Shown here one piece after another: positions 47,184 through 49,296 of a stretch of DNA of 49,296 bases. Made by a program: the position numbers and the translations under genes. The stretch spans positions 1 to 49,296 of the forward strand of contig DAIDJN010000062.1 in NCBI GenBank assembly GCA_027451365.1. Direction: 5' to 3'. The notes under the pieces were generated by a model that worked only from the letters and a program-made list of their open reading frames with translations, had not been told where the DNA came from and did not search any database. The number at the start of each line of letters is the position of its first letter. Positions within the stretch are counted from its first letter, which is position 1. Source of the stretch: Phycisphaerales bacterium (GTDB lineage Bacteria; Planctomycetota; Phycisphaerae; WQYP01).

Positions 47184-47471
47184 TCAAGCTGTTCCAACTT
47201 GGATTATACCTTTGATCAAATTCGCGGTAAATATTTTCTCGATCCGGTTACCGAAAATGTGTCGCCTATCGCCAAAAAAAACCAAGTTACGCAACAGTCG
47301 GCAAACTGGGGTAATCAGCCGGCGGCGGAAGATGGATTTTCCTTTCGCCGCCGCTGGGATAGCTTCCCGGTCGCAACGACCTTTACCGGGGCGAGACTTG
47401 CACTCGCTGGAACACTTCGCCTTTGCACGGCGCACCTGGGCTGCTACATATGTCCCGATGATTACTGGCAT
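47184..47471 (-). CDS. Hypothetical ORF, possibly a degraded Rhs cassette piece
   Basis: ATG overlaps the stop of the upstream gene (TAATG); no recognisable family. Confidence 0.25.
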   Translation of the reverse strand: MPVIIGTYVAAQVRRAKAKCSSECKSRPGKGRCDREAIPAAAKGKSIFRRRLITPVCRLLRNLVFFGDRRHIFGNRIEKIFTANLIKGIIQVGTA

Positions 47472-48262
47472 TATTTTTGGCCGCCAAGTTCCCGTCGTCT
47501 GCGAGAAACCTGCGGCTCCCGATTGACGAAATAATCATGCGCGACGCCTTGAAAGGCAGCATTCAGCACTTCCTTGGCACCGGCCGCAAGTGAGCCCTCG
47601 GCCGCCAATACATTTTTAAGCTCTCGGTCCAAATAGTTATTCAATTCCGGCGAGCACGATTGTCCGGCAATACCATGCGGATGATTACCGACTGTCGATA
47701 ACTGCGCAATCAGCGTGTCTCCTAGGTCACCGAACATGTGTGCCACGAGCAGATAGGCATAAATAAGACATATGGCCCTGGAGTTTTCTGGGCCGTCGAC
47801 GCCGCTGCGCCCGTGGTGCAGAATTTCGCACCACAGATAGAACTTGGCAACATGGAATCCCTGGTGCCAGCCCATCTCCCCAACCGCATCGTACAGCATC
47901 GCCGCCGACCAGTCTGTCGCCCCGAGCAGGCGAGCATCGGAGACAATATTGGCGTAGAGGCTCAGTGCGGCGCAATACGCCTGTGTGGTCGGATCCGGAA
48001 TCCTATCAACGGTGAAAATCGCGTTGTAGGCGGCGGTCGCCACATTGTCTAAATCTGTGCGAGGAAGCCGCCCGGATGACAGCGGGGCAGTTATCTGATC
48101 GAGCGGTAGGGCTCGAACTCCCTCAATTGCGATCTCGGTTGCATTGGCCCGCCTGAAAATACGTTGAACTTCGAGCATGTCAACAGATCGAAACATCGCC
48201 AGAAACGCGGATTCCGAAAAGCCGCCGAAATTATCGAGAATTAACGCCGGGCTGATAAGCAT
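47471..48262 (-). CDS. Putative immunity protein for the upstream Rhs toxin
   Basis: 263-aa ORF starting 24 bp after the Rhs stop, same strand, no recognisable family; role inferred from position. Confidence 0.6.
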   Translation of the reverse strand: MLISPALILDNFGGFSESAFLAMFRSVDMLEVQRIFRRANATEIAIEGVRALPLDQITAPLSSGRLPRTDLDNVATAAYNAIFTVDRIPDPTTQAYCAALSLYANIVSDARLLGATDWSAAMLYDAVGEMGWHQGFHVAKFYLWCEILHHGRSGVDGPENSRAICLIYAYLLVAHMFGDLGDTLIAQLSTVGNHPHGIAGQSCSPELNNYLDRELKNVLAAEGSLAAGAKEVLNAAFQGVAHDYFVNREPQVSRRRRELGGQK

Positions 48263-48286
48263 ATCGGTATCTCACCACAGTTAGGG

Positions 48287-49296
48287 TTACGGAATAGTGC
48301 AATCGGGTACGCAGCTAGGCTCAAGTCGGAGGCAATTTGTATAGGCTTCGCGGGCCTGCTCGGCAGCGGCCGGGTGATTAGCCTGGGTTGGAATTATGAT
48401 GTCACACCCAGCGTCGAGATAGTTCTGGCGGCCACTCGCACAGCTAAGCCACGCCGCAATTTTCGGTGGATATTCAGAACAGGGTCTCTTGGCTTTGCAA
48501 CCACCCAGTCTTGCGGCTTGGGCGCATTCTGCCTTGTAGGTGTCATAGAGATCGACGCAGGCTGCACGCCACACAGCGTAGGCCAACACGAGCGCCGCCA
48601 AGGCGGCGGCCGCCCAAGGAAGCCACGCAAGGTCGGCGAGAGCCTCAATTGCCGCCGCTAGCGCCTCCGCTGCTGCCGCGCCGCCCGGTGGCAGGGTGAC
48701 GGGCCCCGGATATCCGGGCGATACAACACTGGCGCCGAGCATGTCGGCGAATGCCACACTATCACCAGCCGCGTATTGGTACAAATTCACGCCGCCGTCA
48801 TAGCCGATCGGATCACGCTGAATCCAACGGCCAAGTGCGGGGTTATACGTCCGATTGCGGACGTAATAAAGCTGCGTGTCTGGATCAAATCGATAGCCGC
48901 AATAGATAATTTCATTGGCACCGTAATCTGACTGCACATCATCATCGGTGAACCAAACGCCATCCGCGCCCGGACCGGTGAAGATCAACGTATTTCCATA
49001 CGCGTCCGTGTCATACGCTTCTATGATGTCGCCACCGGAATTCGTCAGCGCCACCGCGCGGTACAGCAAATCCTGCAACAAATAATACGCCCCGGCAGGC
49101 ACGGATTGTGCCCCGGCGGCCACCAGCAGGTTCAACTGGACACATTCGTCAATATATGTTCCCCAGATGTACTGTTTCGTAGGCGTATCCGTACTGCCTG
49201 ACCCGCCGAATGGATTGCGTTCCTCCATCGTCTGCCAGCCTTGCCAGATATAATCTGTCGTGCCGTTGGGAATGTTGCCCGTTACTCCGCCGTTGG
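48287..49296 (-). CDS. Rhs repeat-associated core protein with Cys-rich C-terminal toxin domain (5'-partial)
   Basis: YDTDAYG, YCGYRFDPDTQLYYVRNRTYNPALGRWIQRDPIGY.GG.NLYQY...D.LG core signature. The frame stays open to the window edge. Confidence 0.93.
   Translation of the reverse strand, partial: NGGVTGNIPNGTTDYIWQGWQTMEERNPFGGSGSTDTPTKQYIWGTYIDECVQLNLLVAAGAQSVPAGAYYLLQDLLYRAVALTNSGGDIIEAYDTDAYGNTLIFTGPGADGVWFTDDDVQSDYGANEIIYCGYRFDPDTQLYYVRNRTYNPALGRWIQRDPIGYDGGVNLYQYAAGDSVAFADMLGASVVSPGYPGPVTLPPGGAAAAEALAAAIEALADLAWLPWAAAALAALVLAYAVWRAACVDLYDTYKAECAQAARLGGCKAKRPCSEYPPKIAAWLSCASGRQNYLDAGCDIIIPTQANHPAAAEQAREAYTNCLRLEPSCVPDCTIP

Noticed and set aside
46854..47534. Plus-strand 226-aa and 162-aa ORFs
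   Set aside because: Antisense to the Rhs remnant and low-complexity repeat; no recognisable protein features.
1..49296. CRISPR arrays, tRNA, rRNA and known riboswitches
   Set aside because: No regularly spaced repeats or recognisable RNA-gene signatures were seen by eye; an Infernal/tRNAscan run would be needed to exclude them fully.

Overview
A 49.3-kb bacterial chromosomal window. The gene content (PEP-CTERM protein, DUF4159-type protein, three BMC vertex paralogs, XylR-type regulator) suggests a planctomycete, probably Phycisphaerae; this is an inference. There are three zones. (1) About 1-11.8 kb is an accessory glycan-utilisation island: GH43, GH31, PEP-CTERM protein, GH116 and a divergent XylR-type LacI/AraC regulator, plus IS1595 and IS1634 remnants and a decayed duplicate of the regulator that kept its operator. 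(2) About 11.8-45.6 kb is mostly core genome: aldo/keto reductase, Fur, class V aminotransferase, Nfu, a degenerate RnfC/RnfD pair, SSS symporter, ftsH, a mycobacterial Sdh1-type succinate dehydrogenase operon, lepA, purF, a small stress cluster, DUF4159 protein, PfkB kinase, cupredoxin, GT2, UbiA, epimerase, PA14/PKD/TPR protein, HIT and S10 peptidase. (3) About 45.7-49.3 kb holds three tandem EutN/CcmL microcompartment vertex genes and the 3' end of an Rhs toxin with a candidate immunity gene and an orphan Rhs-core remnant. The best leads are a stand-alone RnfC/RnfD module that seems to have lost both flavin sites but kept its 2x[4Fe-4S] motifs, a duplicated 21-bp-period AraC-type operator, an apparent ATT start for sdhA, the Rhs toxin/immunity pair and the satellite BMC pentamer triplet. 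No rRNA, tRNA or CRISPR array was recognised. All family calls are from motif recognition by eye; no database search was run.
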